NCBI GenBank assembly: GCA_947170435.1
Contig: CAMVTO010000001.1
Coordinates: 60,780 to 124,779, forward strand
DNA: 64,000 nucleotides
Origin: an uncultured Clostridia bacterium
GTDB taxonomy: Bacteria > Bacillota > Clostridia > Oscillospirales > Oscillospiraceae
Direction: 5' to 3'
This document shows positions 19,601-29,064 of this stretch, in pieces. Positions within the stretch are counted from its first letter, which is position 1, and the number at the start of each line of letters is the position of its first letter. The notes beneath the pieces are model-generated. The model had not been told where the DNA came from and ran no database searches. It saw nothing but the letters and a program-made list of their open reading frames with translations. Position numbers and translations under genes: made by a program.

Positions 19601-20157
19601 CAGACATCGAGAATGCCGCCGCGGACGGCGAACTGTCCCACGCCCTCCACCTGCTCCGCGCGGGCGTAGCCGGAGGCGTCCAGCTGCCGCGCGAGGCCGT
19701 TTAAGTCGTGGCGGCCGCCGGGCTTGAGCGTCAGCGCCGCATCGCGCAGCGCGTCGGGCGGCAGCGTGCGCTGCATCACACCGTCGATGGTGGCAATCAG
19801 CGCGCTTACCTTGCCCGCGGCAAGCGAGCAGAGCGTGCCGAGCCGCTGCTGCTCAAAGCTGTGCGAGGCGTAGACCCGGTCGCGCAGCTGCCATTCGCGG
19901 GCAAACAGCAGCGCCGGCTCCACACCGGTGAGCGTTTGCAGGTCGATCGCCATGCGCCGTGCCTCGCCTTCGTCGGCGCAGAGCACGACAAAGGGGCGCT
20001 GCATCGACTGACGCAGCGCTGCGACGGCCATGGCGCGGTGAACGGGAGAGAGCCCGGAGACCGACGCGGGACAGCGCCCCGCCTCGATCACTCCTTGCAG
20101 CTCCCGCAGCTCCGGCAGCGCGCCGACGGCTTGGGAAAGGGGGTTCATATTCGTCAT
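16624..20157 (-). CDS. mfd: Transcription-repair coupling factor
   Basis: VHVHHGIG (CarD/TRCF), CGDVGYGKTE, DEEQRFGV, LSATPIPRT, QIRGRIGRS, RDLEIRGAGNLLG. Confidence 0.98.
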   Translation of the reverse strand: MTNMNPLSQAVGALPELRELQGVIEAGRCPASVSGLSPVHRAMAVAALRQSMQRPFVVLCADEGEARRMAIDLQTLTGVEPALLFAREWQLRDRVYASHSFEQQRLGTLCSLAAGKVSALIATIDGVMQRTLPPDALRDAALTLKPGGRHDLNGLARQLDASGYARAEQVEGVGQFAVRGGILDVWSPLAEPVRIEFFDDEIDAMGEFDVSTQRRTKNIKKLTILPAAEVLPDAAEGGREGLYARVEHAMKQLARKKGADKAVETLRADLERFQQRLPVGGMDRYLLACYPTAVTALDYLPSDALVFLSDGARLAERVKGFLWELEQDSLPLIETGELAGSFAEVALTADRLTAKLGEFPAVQLNALPTSRDLLPPRALLSMNVKQLPSYGGSLETAAADMQHYISAGSGVNVLCGNETRAKNFLRLLEERGIHARPDFKNETLPRLGEITIGLGTLSAGCELPQLKLAILTEGQLTAPVAGKKAKTRQTRDANRQKLQSYTDLSPGDLVVHVHHGIGRFVGIERMRVDGVDKDYIKIAYAGSDSLYVPATQLDLVSKYIGGGEDEEGHPTTRLSKLGGTDWTKAKAKAKAAAKDLAKGLIALYAERQRRPGFAFSPDSPWQREFEDSFDYAETDDQMRAIAEIKSDMEHKTPMDRLLCGDVGYGKTEVALRAAMKCILDGKQVAILVPTTVLAQQHYATAMARFRSFPVRIEALSRFKTPAEKKKILQDTAEGHVDLLIGTHALLQKNMRFHDLGLLIIDEEQRFGVSHKERLRELARQVDTLTLSATPIPRTLNMALSGLRDMSTIETPPEGRQPVQTYVLEHDWGVIGDAIRRELARGGQVYYLHNRVETIDRCAARLRQMLGDDVGVAIAHGKLDERGLSSVMQDMETGAVQVLVCTTIIETGIDIPNVNTLIIEDADRMGLAQLHQIRGRIGRSARRAYAYMTYRPGKILTEVANKRLTAIREYAEFGSGFRIAMRDLEIRGAGNLLGPEQSGYMMSVGYDMYLQLLEDAVLEERGGKRSRREDCAADLTVSANLPESYIPSPEQRMDVYRRIAALQTQEESRDLLDELMDRYGDPPKSVLALMDVALLRTAAAEVGVRDITQRGETVTFTFGGDGFPVEAVMRLCASPRNRRRLTLSAGTEPKLALKLARGEDVLDSALTLVNELHVNTEA

Positions 20158-20184
20158 GGATGGTTCCTTACGAGAAAAACGGCG

Positions 20185-20778
20185 TCAGCCGTTGAATCGG
20201 TTTTGCGCCTCGGTGACGCCCTTTTGGATCACACACTCGGCAGCGTCCAGCGCCCGGTCGATGGCGGCATCCACCACCTTGCGTTCATCTTTACTGAAAG
20301 ATCCAGTCACCCAGTCGACCATATCGAATTCCGGGTGTTCCGGTGCGCCGACGCCGACCTTGACGCGGGGAAACTGATCGGTGCCGAGGTGGGCGATGAT
20401 GTTCTTGAGCCCGTTGTGCCCACCGGCGGAACCGTTGCCGCGCACACGCAGCTTGCCCAGCGGGAGCGACACGTCATCGGAGATGACGAGCACATGCTCC
20501 GGCGGGATCTTGTAGAAGCGCGCGGCTTCGCCCGCCGCCTCGCCGGAGAGGTTCATGTAGGTCTGCGGCATCATCAGCAGCACCTTGGCGCCGCCGAAGT
20601 CGATGACCTCGGTGAGCGCCTTGAATCGCAGGCGGTTGCACTTGAGATCGCGCTTCTCGATGAGCCGCTCCGCCGCCAGAAAGCCAATGTTATGGCGGGT
20701 ATTTTCGTATTTTTTGCCGTAGTTGCCGAGGCAGACGAGCAGCCAGTCCACGGCGGAGGGGGATTTGTTGAAGAGCAT
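20185..20778 (-). CDS. pth: Peptidyl-tRNA hydrolase
   Basis: LGNYGKKYENTRHNIGF, PQTYMNLSG, GSAGGHNGLK. Confidence 0.97.
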   Translation of the reverse strand: MLFNKSPSAVDWLLVCLGNYGKKYENTRHNIGFLAAERLIEKRDLKCNRLRFKALTEVIDFGGAKVLLMMPQTYMNLSGEAAGEAARFYKIPPEHVLVISDDVSLPLGKLRVRGNGSAGGHNGLKNIIAHLGTDQFPRVKVGVGAPEHPEFDMVDWVTGSFSKDERKVVDAAIDRALDAAECVIQKGVTEAQNRFNG

Positions 20779-20811
20779 AGTTGGATTCCTTATTGGTTTT
20801 CATAGGAAGTA

Positions 20812-20921
20812 CCGCCTGCGGGCGGGGTGACTTTTTCGCCACCGAAAAGCGTCGTTCTCTTTTGGGGAAGTCTGAAACCGCGATTTCTCTTTCCAAGAAA
20901 AAGAGAAAAGGCGGTTTCAGA
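20812..20921 (+). repeat. Dispersed palindromic repeat family 1, copy B
   Basis: CCGCCTGCGGGCGGGGTGACTTTTTCGC...GGAAGTCTGAAACCGC-GA-TTTCTCTTT-CCAAGAA-AAAGAGAAA-AG-GCGGTTTCAGA. Confidence 0.85.
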
Positions 20922-20941
20922 TAACGCTCTATATCATAGGG

Positions 20942-21901
20942 TTAATTGAACAATTTTGCAATCGAAATTTCCTGATAGGTGCGCTCAATCGCCTCGGCGA
21001 ACATGGGCGCCACGGTCAGGTACTTGATGCGGCCGCGCGCGGCTTCGGGATGCGCGGGTATGGTGTCGAGCAGCGCCAGCTCCTCAATGTTGCTCTTCTC
21101 CAGACGGTCGATGGCCGGACCGGAGAGCACGCCGTGGCTCGCGCAGGCGTAGACCTTGGTCGCGCCGCCGATCTCCACGATGGCCTTCGCCGCGCCGCAG
21201 AGGGAGCCGGCGGTGTCCACCATGTCGTCAAAGAGGATGCACTCCTTGCCCTTCACGTCGCCGATGACGTGCATGACCTCGCTTTGGTTCGCCTTGGGCC
21301 GGCGCTTATCCACAATCGCGAGGTTCATGTGCAGCTTCTGCGCGAACGCGCGGGAACGCGCCACGGAGCCGACGTCCGGGGAGACGACGACCATTTCGCT
21401 GGCGCGCTCGCCGAACTTCTTGGCATAGTAGTCCACGAAGATCGGGTTGCCCAGCAGATTGTCCACGGGAATGTCAAAGAAGCCCTGGATCTGCGCGGCG
21501 TGCAGATCCATCGTCAGCACACGGTCAGCGCCGGCGGCGGTAATCATGTTCGCCACCAGCTTGGCGCTGATGGGGTCGCGGGACTTTGCCTTGCGATCCT
21601 GACGCGCGTAGCCGAAGTACGGCACCACCGCCGTGATACGACCCGCGCTGGCGCGGCGGCAGGCGTCGATCATAATGAGCAGCTCCATCAGATTGTCGTT
21701 GACCGGCTTGCAGGTGGACTGCACCAGAAACACGTCGCTGCCGCGGACGGTTTCGTACAGCGAGCAGGAAACCTCGCCATCGGCAAAGCCCTTGACCTCG
21801 TTCTCGCCCAGCTTGATGCCGATGGTCCTGCAGATGTCAGCAGCCAGCTTGGGGTTTGCGTTGCCGGTGAATACCTTGATGTCCTTCCCGTGAGAAATCA
21901 T
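20942..21901 (-). CDS. prs: Ribose-phosphate pyrophosphokinase
   Basis: FADGE, PYFGYARQDRK, DLHAAQIQGFF, DDMVDTAGS. Confidence 0.98.
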   Translation of the reverse strand: MISHGKDIKVFTGNANPKLAADICRTIGIKLGENEVKGFADGEVSCSLYETVRGSDVFLVQSTCKPVNDNLMELLIMIDACRRASAGRITAVVPYFGYARQDRKAKSRDPISAKLVANMITAAGADRVLTMDLHAAQIQGFFDIPVDNLLGNPIFVDYYAKKFGERASEMVVVSPDVGSVARSRAFAQKLHMNLAIVDKRRPKANQSEVMHVIGDVKGKECILFDDMVDTAGSLCGAAKAIVEIGGATKVYACASHGVLSGPAIDRLEKSNIEELALLDTIPAHPEAARGRIKYLTVAPMFAEAIERTYQEISIAKLFN

Positions 21902-21934
21902 GCGTTAACCTCCTATGTGTCTGTATGCGGTTGC

Positions 21935-23068
21935 TTACTTCTTCCCTTTGAGTTCGCGGTTCTTCGCGGCCCAACCCTCCAGATTGCTCTGACGCTCGCG
22001 CGCGACACCCAGCGCGTCCGCCGGTACGTCCTTGGTGATGGTGGAGCCCGCCGCGGTGTAGCTGCCGCTGCCCAGCGCCACCGGAGCGACCAGGTTGGTG
22101 TTGCAGCCGATGAACACGTCGTCGCCAATGGTGCAGCGGTACTTTTTGAAGCCGTCGTAGTTGCTCGTCACCGTGCCGCAGCCGAAGTTCACGCGCTCGC
22201 CCACGTCGCTGTCGCCCACATAGGTGAGGTGCGAGATCTTGGTGCCGTTGCCGATGACGCTGTTCTTGATCTCCACAAAGTCGCCGACCTTCACATGGTC
22301 GCCCACGACGCTGTTCGGGCGCATGTAGGCAAACGGGCCGACGTTGGTGTGGTTCCCAATGCGGCTTTCCGTCGCCTGCGAGGCGTTGACCTCGGTGTCG
22401 TGACCCACAGTGCAGTCCGTGAGCATGGCGTTGGGGCCGATGGTGCAGTTTTCGCCGATGACCGTCTCGCCCCGCAGAATCGTGCCGGGGAGCAGCACCG
22501 TACCCGTGCCGATCTTCACCCGCGGATCGATGTAGCAGTTGTTGGAGTCGAGGATCGTCACGCCGTTGTCCAGATGCTTTTGCAGGATCTTCTGGCGGCA
22601 CATGGGCAGCGCGGCGCGCAGCTCCTCCTCGTCGCCTACGGGCAGAAAGCCCTTTTCGATCTCCGCGCCATCGGGAAACGCAGCGAACGCGCCGTGGTCG
22701 CGCAGCACCTCCCGCACCGCCTCCGCCTTCGCGCGGTACACCGCGCCGCCGGAGAATACGCCCACGGGCAGCACCACACCGTTGAGTACCAGCACGCCGC
22801 CGTCCTCGCCCTTGAGTGCGTCCAGCAGCTCACTCGCGTGCTGCGCGCCGTCGATCAGCACGGCGTGGGCGGGCAGATAGGGCTTGATCGTTTCGTGTAC
22901 ACTTTTGTCAGATACAATAAAAAGCCGCTCGATGCCAGAATTTGTCAGCTCCGCGCAGGTCCAGGTAAGGACGGGGCAAAACCAGACGCTTTGCAGCATC
23001 AGCGGCGTTTTCTCTTTGGTCAAGGCAATATCGTCGGGAAGAAACAGGATCGCGCTGTTGCAGTCCAT
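21935..23068 (-). CDS. glmU: GlmU-like protein: intact left-handed beta-helix acetyltransferase, degenerate N-terminal uridyltransferase domain
   Basis: GPFAYMRP, GDFVEIKN, SHLTYVGD, NFGCGTVTSNYDG; canonical position upstream of prs; 377 aa; no LAAGxGTRM motif. Confidence 0.8.
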   Translation of the reverse strand: MDCNSAILFLPDDIALTKEKTPLMLQSVWFCPVLTWTCAELTNSGIERLFIVSDKSVHETIKPYLPAHAVLIDGAQHASELLDALKGEDGGVLVLNGVVLPVGVFSGGAVYRAKAEAVREVLRDHGAFAAFPDGAEIEKGFLPVGDEEELRAALPMCRQKILQKHLDNGVTILDSNNCYIDPRVKIGTGTVLLPGTILRGETVIGENCTIGPNAMLTDCTVGHDTEVNASQATESRIGNHTNVGPFAYMRPNSVVGDHVKVGDFVEIKNSVIGNGTKISHLTYVGDSDVGERVNFGCGTVTSNYDGFKKYRCTIGDDVFIGCNTNLVAPVALGSGSYTAAGSTITKDVPADALGVARERQSNLEGWAAKNRELKGKK

Positions 23069-23339
23069 CGGATACTCCCCCTTTCTAACTACGATAGTCA
23101 ATACATTATAACAGACGATGACCGGAAAATCCACCATTTTGCATGAAAAATTTCATATTTCTTTTTGCGGTTTGCCCAGCGACAGACAAATTGCAAATCA
23201 ATGTTTAGTAAACTCGTTTTTCTTGTTGCTTTCTTGAACTTTGTAGGGTATAATGGAGCAACCTCAGGCGCGGGCGTACAATTTCACAATTTGTTAACCC
23301 ACACTTACAGCGCCCAACGCAAAGGAGTCAAAGCAGGCT

Positions 23340-23843
23340 ATGCTCAACATCGTCCTCGTTGAACCGGAGATCCCGCAGAACTGCGGCAACATCGCCCGCA
23401 CCTGCGCCGCCACCGGCGCACGGCTGCATCTGGTGGAGCCGCTGGGATTCGATATCAGCGACAAGGCGGTCAAGCGCGCGGGGCTGGACTACTGGCATCT
23501 GGTAGAGGTTGCGACCTACAAAGGCCTCGATGACCTCTTTGCAAAGCACCCCGAGGCGGCGGAGGATTGCTGGCTCGCCACGACGAAGGCGCCGCAGGAC
23601 TACACGAAGGCGATGTTTCGGGACGAGTGCTGGCTCTTTTTCGGCAAGGAAACGGCGGGCCTGCCTGAAGACTTCCGCATGGCGCACTTCGAGCGCTGCA
23701 TCCGGCTTCCGATCCGCGCGGAGGCGCGGAGCCTGAACCTCAGCAACTCGGTGGCGGTGGTCACGTTTGAGGCGCTCCGGCAATTAGGGTTCCCTCATCT
23801 TGCCCTGACGGGCGAGATGGGGTCAAAGGATAAAAGCATTTGA
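23340..23843 (+). CDS. trmL: tRNA (cytidine(34)-2'-O)-methyltransferase
   Basis: EPEIPQNCGNIARTC, KRAGLDYW, FGKETAGLP, RSLNLSNS. Confidence 0.95.
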   Translation: MLNIVLVEPEIPQNCGNIARTCAATGARLHLVEPLGFDISDKAVKRAGLDYWHLVEVATYKGLDDLFAKHPEAAEDCWLATTKAPQDYTKAMFRDECWLFFGKETAGLPEDFRMAHFERCIRLPIRAEARSLNLSNSVAVVTFEALRQLGFPHLALTGEMGSKDKSI

Positions 23844-23999
23844 CCCTGATTGCCATGATGCCGTTTCGCGCGCCGCTTTGCGGCAACCGCGAAATATGGC
23901 GGCACATTTTGTGATACAAGATGTGCCGTGGACTCCATCCCGGATACATTATAGAACTTGTCAGCATTTCCCCACTATTTTCAGGAGGATTGAAATAGG

Positions 24000-25277
24000 A
24001 TGAACTACAACAAGAAGACGGTCAAGGACATCGACGTCAAGGGCAAGAAGGTCTTGCTGCGCTGCGACTTCAATGTGCCGCAGGACAAGGAGACCGGCGC
24101 CATTACCAGCGACAAGCGCATTGTCGCGGCGCTGCCCACGATCCGGTACCTGCTGGAGCAGGGCGCAGCTGTGATTGCCTGCTCGCATCTGGGCAAGCCG
24201 GTGGCCACATTTGACTCCTATGTGAAAAAGCAGGTCGAAAAGGGCAAGAAGGCGGAGGATATTACCGAGGACGCGTGGAAGAAGAGCCTGAAAAAGCTGA
24301 CCCTCGCCCCCGTGGCGCAGCGCCTGAGCGAGCTGTTGGGCAAGGAGGTCATCTTCGCCGCCGACGTGATCGGCCCCGATGCGCGCGCCAAGGCCGAGGC
24401 GCTGAAGCCCGGCCAGATCCTGCTGCTGGAAAACACCCGCTTTGAAAAGGGCGAAACCAAGAACGATCCTGCCGTCGCCAAGGCTCTGGCCGATCTGGCG
24501 GGAGCCGAGGGCGTTTACGTTTCCGACGCGTTTGGCTCCGTGCACCGCGCCCATGCTTCTACCGAGGGCGTGAGCAAGTATCTGCCCGCCGTGTCCGGCT
24601 TCCTGGTCGCCAAGGAGCTTGAAGTCATGGGCAAGGCGCTCGACGATCCCAAGCGCCCGTTTGTCGCGGTGCTCGGCGGCGCGAAGGTCAGCGACAAGAT
24701 CAACGTCATCAACAACCTGCTCGAAAAGGCCGATACCATCATCATCGGCGGCGGCATGGCCTACACATTCTCCAAGGCGCAGGGCGGCGAGATCGGCACC
24801 TCTCTGCTGGAGGCCGACAAGCTCGACTATGCGCTGGAAATGATCGAAAAGGCGAAGAAGAACGGCGTTAAGCTCCTGCTCCCGGTGGACAGTGTCTGCG
24901 CCAAGGAGTTCAAGGCCGACGCCGAGCCTCTCACCGTTGAGGCGGGTCACATCCCTGCCGACATGATGGGCATGGACATCGGCCCCAAGACCGTGGAGCT
25001 GTTCTGCGACGCGGTCAAGGATGCCGGCACCATCGTCTGGAACGGCCCCATGGGCGTGTTTGAGTTCCCGACCTTCGCCGTCGGCACCAAGGCGATGGCG
25101 AAGGCGCTCGCCGAATCCGGCGCGGTGACGATCATCGGCGGCGGCGACAGCGCGGCGGCAGCCGAGCAGCTGGGCTTTGCCGATAAGATCACCCACATCT
25201 CCACCGGCGGCGGCGCGAGCCTTGAGTTCCTTGAGGGCAAGGAGCTTCCCGGTGTTGCCTGCCTGCTCGACAAGTAA
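24000..25277 (+). CDS. pgk: Phosphoglycerate kinase
   Basis: [47 protein letters not shown]. Confidence 0.98.
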   Translation: MNYNKKTVKDIDVKGKKVLLRCDFNVPQDKETGAITSDKRIVAALPTIRYLLEQGAAVIACSHLGKPVATFDSYVKKQVEKGKKAEDITEDAWKKSLKKLTLAPVAQRLSELLGKEVIFAADVIGPDARAKAEALKPGQILLLENTRFEKGETKNDPAVAKALADLAGAEGVYVSDAFGSVHRAHASTEGVSKYLPAVSGFLVAKELEVMGKALDDPKRPFVAVLGGAKVSDKINVINNLLEKADTIIIGGGMAYTFSKAQGGEIGTSLLEADKLDYALEMIEKAKKNGVKLLLPVDSVCAKEFKADAEPLTVEAGHIPADMMGMDIGPKTVELFCDAVKDAGTIVWNGPMGVFEFPTFAVGTKAMAKALAESGAVTIIGGGDSAAAAEQLGFADKITHISTGGGASLEFLEGKELPGVACLLDK

Positions 25278-25492
25278 AGACACGATTCGGCACAGTCTGC
25301 CCCTTTGACAAGAAAATCGACAGACTGCCGGAAGTCAATCTCGATAGACCGAATTTTTAAAAAGATAAAAGTCGATAGACAACTAACGATTATTCTGTAA
25401 GTCAATCGAACTTTTGACGGAATACAAAATATTTGTTCCTGCAGATGAACCAAAGACTCTGTGAATGTATATAATAGAAGGAGAGAATTATT

Positions 25493-26266
<774 letters not shown>

Positions 26267-26275
26267 TAAACTCGT

Positions 26276-26422
26276 TTTTGCGCTTCGCGCAAAAGCCGAA
26301 AGAGATTCGCTGCGCTTCCCGCACGCCGTTGGCGCATGGGCGCTCCGCGCAGAGAGAAAAATCTGACGTACATGCCGTCAGATTTTTCGATTTGATTCAT
26401 TTCGCGCCAGCGGGCGCGAAAT
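26276..26422. repeat. Multi-hairpin intergenic element including a terminator-like stem
   Basis: Stems at 26276-26294, 26356-26388 (13 bp, T-rich 3' arm) and 26399-26422. Confidence 0.55.
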
Positions 26423-26436
26423 AGAGGAGATCTTTT

Positions 26437-27810
26437 ATGAAAAAAGCTCCCACAACCTTAATTATTCTGGACGGACTCGGACTTAGTGCGCGTCCCGAGG
26501 GCAACGCTGTGCTTGCGGCGAAGACCCCGGTGCTCGATCGCCTGTGCAGTACCTATGCCCATACCACGCTCGCGGCCTCCGGCCCTGACGTAGGGCTGGG
26601 AGAAGGCCAGTGCGGCAACGGAGCCACGGGGCGCAACAACATCGGCGGCGGGCGCATCCTGCCGCAGGCGCTGCCCCGGATCGACGCCGCGATTGCCGAC
26701 GGTACGTTCTTTGAGAACCCGGCCTACAACAAGGCGATGGACGCGTGCCTCGAAAACGGCACGGCGCTGCATTTGATGGGCCTGTTGAGCGACGGTATGG
26801 TGCACGCCTCGATTGAGCACCTGTTCGCGCTGCTGAAGATGGCGAGCATCAAGGGCCTGACGCGGGTCTACATCCACGGATTCCTCGACGGTCGCGACAC
26901 CGCGCCCCGGACAGGCAGGGCTTTTGTGGAGCGGGTGCAGAAAAAGTGTGCGGAGTTCGGCGTTGGTAAGATCGCGACCGTCATGGGCCGCGGCTACGCC
27001 ATGGATCGCGCCAAGCGCTGGGATCGCACCGAGGCCGCATATGACGCGCTGGTCTACGGCGAGGGCGCGCAGGACGAGAACCCCATCCGTGCCATTGAGG
27101 CCGCCTACCGCGACGGGCTGGACGACGAGGACGTTGAGCCTATCGTCTGCGACCGCGACGGAACGATCGGCGATCACGACAGCGTGATCTTTACCAACTG
27201 CCGCGCCGATGGCGCGCGCCAGCTGACCCGCGCCTTTGTGGATGCCGGCTTTGGCGGCTTCCAGCGGGAGCGGTTTCCGGTCACGTTCGTGTGCAACACG
27301 GACTATGACGCCATCATGCCCAACGTTCTGGTGGCGTTTCCGCAGCCGGAGGCGAAGAACGATCTGCGTGCCTACCTCACGGAGATGGGCATGGAACAGC
27401 TGCGCGTCAGCGACACGGACGAGTGCGTCGAGGGCATCCTCAGCGGCGAGTACGACGTGGTGATCCTGCGTCTGCCCGGCTGTGCCGCGGCAGGCCACAG
27501 CGGCAGCTTCGAGCGCGCGGTGAGCGCCGTGGAGGAGGCCGACACGCAGGTGGGCAAGGTCGTGGACGCGACACTGAGCATGGGCGGCATCGCCATGGTG
27601 ACCGCCAGCCACGGCAACGTGGAGGAGATGCTGGACGCGGATGGTAAGCCGACAGGCCGCAACACGACCAATCCGGTTCCGTTCATCCTCTGCGGCGCGG
27701 GCACCGAGCTGCGTGACGGGCGGCTTGCGGATATCGCACCGACGATCCTCGACGTGCTGGGGTTGATCCAGCCGCCGGAGATGACCGGCAAAACGTTGAT
27801 CCTGCGATAA
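26437..27810 (+). CDS. gpmI: Cofactor-independent phosphoglycerate mutase (GpmI) homolog, catalytically degenerate
   Basis: IILDGLG, GLLSDG.VH, HGFLDGRD, YAMDR, HGNVEEM, TTNPVPFI, LADIAPTIL; follows pgk-tpiA; catalytic Ser and several metal ligands substituted. Confidence 0.8.
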   Translation: MKKAPTTLIILDGLGLSARPEGNAVLAAKTPVLDRLCSTYAHTTLAASGPDVGLGEGQCGNGATGRNNIGGGRILPQALPRIDAAIADGTFFENPAYNKAMDACLENGTALHLMGLLSDGMVHASIEHLFALLKMASIKGLTRVYIHGFLDGRDTAPRTGRAFVERVQKKCAEFGVGKIATVMGRGYAMDRAKRWDRTEAAYDALVYGEGAQDENPIRAIEAAYRDGLDDEDVEPIVCDRDGTIGDHDSVIFTNCRADGARQLTRAFVDAGFGGFQRERFPVTFVCNTDYDAIMPNVLVAFPQPEAKNDLRAYLTEMGMEQLRVSDTDECVEGILSGEYDVVILRLPGCAAAGHSGSFERAVSAVEEADTQVGKVVDATLSMGGIAMVTASHGNVEEMLDADGKPTGRNTTNPVPFILCGAGTELRDGRLADIAPTILDVLGLIQPPEMTGKTLILR

Positions 27811-27830
27811 AATTCATACGCTCATGTTTA

Positions 27831-27876
27831 AAAAGTGCTTCGACGGTACACAATACCGTCGAAGCACTTTTGTTTT
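27831..27876 (+). terminator. Intrinsic terminator after the gpmI-like gene
   Basis: AAAAGTGCTTCGACGGTA-CACAA-TACCGTCGAAGCACTTTT followed by GTTTT. Confidence 0.85.
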
Positions 27877-27910
27877 GTGTGCCGCGCAGGCGGCGGAAAG
27901 GACAATCAAC

Positions 27911-28624
27911 ATGAGCAATACGGGAAGCCGCGGGACGCGGCACTTTTTTGACGGGACCGGGGCTTACATAGCCCTGTTCCTCGTGGTGACGGCCTTGGCC
28001 GTCGCGGGCTATTGGACCCTGATTCCCCATTCCACCGTAGACGAGCCGATCATCGAGGAGCTTCCGGCTCCCGCGCCGGTCAAGCCGGTTGCCGTGACCC
28101 CGGAGGCCGTCGTAAAGACTCCGGTCATCCCGGAGCCAGAACCCGCCGCGCCGGTGCAAAGCGCGGTGGAGATCGAGGTCATGGACGATATCTATGAGGA
28201 GGTGACGCCGACACCGCCGGTACTGATCGTCGATCCGTTGGTGGGTGAGACCGTCGCGGCGTTCTCTATGGACGCGCTGCAATACAGCGCCACCATGGGC
28301 GACTGGCGCACCCACGACGGTGTGGACATCGCCGCCGACCCGGGTACGCAGGTCTGCGCCGCCAGCTCCGGCACGGTGCTGGACGTGCGCGACGACGACT
28401 GGATGGGCACGACGGTTGTCATCTCCCATGACGGCGGCTATGACACGGTTTACGCCAACCTGCAATCCATCCCAACGGTGGAGATCGGAGACTATGTCAC
28501 CGCCGGGCAGGTCATCGGCTCGGTGGGGAAAACCGCTCTGGGCGAGTCTGCGGAGCCGCCGCATCTGCACTTCGCCGTGACAAAAGATGGGGAATATGTC
28601 GATCCCTCGGAATTTTTGAAATGA
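27911..28624 (+). CDS. Membrane-anchored M23 peptidase (SpoIIQ-like)
   Basis: Single TM, Pro-rich linker, WRTHDGVD and PHLHF zinc motifs. Confidence 0.8.
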   Translation: MSNTGSRGTRHFFDGTGAYIALFLVVTALAVAGYWTLIPHSTVDEPIIEELPAPAPVKPVAVTPEAVVKTPVIPEPEPAAPVQSAVEIEVMDDIYEEVTPTPPVLIVDPLVGETVAAFSMDALQYSATMGDWRTHDGVDIAADPGTQVCAASSGTVLDVRDDDWMGTTVVISHDGGYDTVYANLQSIPTVEIGDYVTAGQVIGSVGKTALGESAEPPHLHFAVTKDGEYVDPSEFLK

Positions 28625-28672
28625 ATTTTGATAGACCGGCAGCAATCGACCCAAAAAGTTTGCTTCCGTGAG

Positions 28673-28701
28673 TTGACAAAAGAAAAAGCCGGTGCTATAC
28701 T
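28673..28701 (+). promoter_or_regulatory. SigA promoter of the T-box leader
   Basis: TTGACA-17 bp-(TG)TATACT. Confidence 0.88.
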
Positions 28702-28709
28702 TTATCGCA

Positions 28710-29020
28710 GTAAACCGATGAGGAAGAGTGAGTAGGTCACGCCTCTTTTCCCAAAGCGAGCCGCGGACGGTGGAAGCGCGGTGGAAAACACGGGACCGAA
28801 TGGACTTCCGAGGGCAAGCGGAAAGGGTGCGAATGACCGGACGGCGAAGCGTCTGCGTCAGGCAGCAGCCGAGTATGTGCGCCGGGGCAGGACTCCCCGT
28901 CAACAACGGTCAGCGTATGCAGTACGCGTAAAGTGGGCGCGCAAGCGTCAAGCCGGGTGGCACCGCAGGACGATAAACGATCCTGTCCCAGCAAAGAATT
29001 TTGCAGGGACAGGATTTTCT
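28710..29020 (+). ncRNA. T-box riboswitch, Trp-specific
   Basis: Stem I AG box (AGCGA) and GGTGGAAG motif; specifier loop GAA-TGG-A (TGG at 28801-28803); T-box GGGTGGCACCGC near 28955-28966; terminator 28980-29019. Confidence 0.92.
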
Positions 29021-29064
29021 GTTTTCAGAGGGGTCCTGTCCCGAAAGAAAGGTAGGAAAACACC

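Noticed and set aside
23900-23929. Inverted repeat upstream of pgk sharing TTGTGATACAA with the fba upstream region
   Set aside because: At fba the string is explained by an extended -10 element; no convincing CggR-type direct repeat
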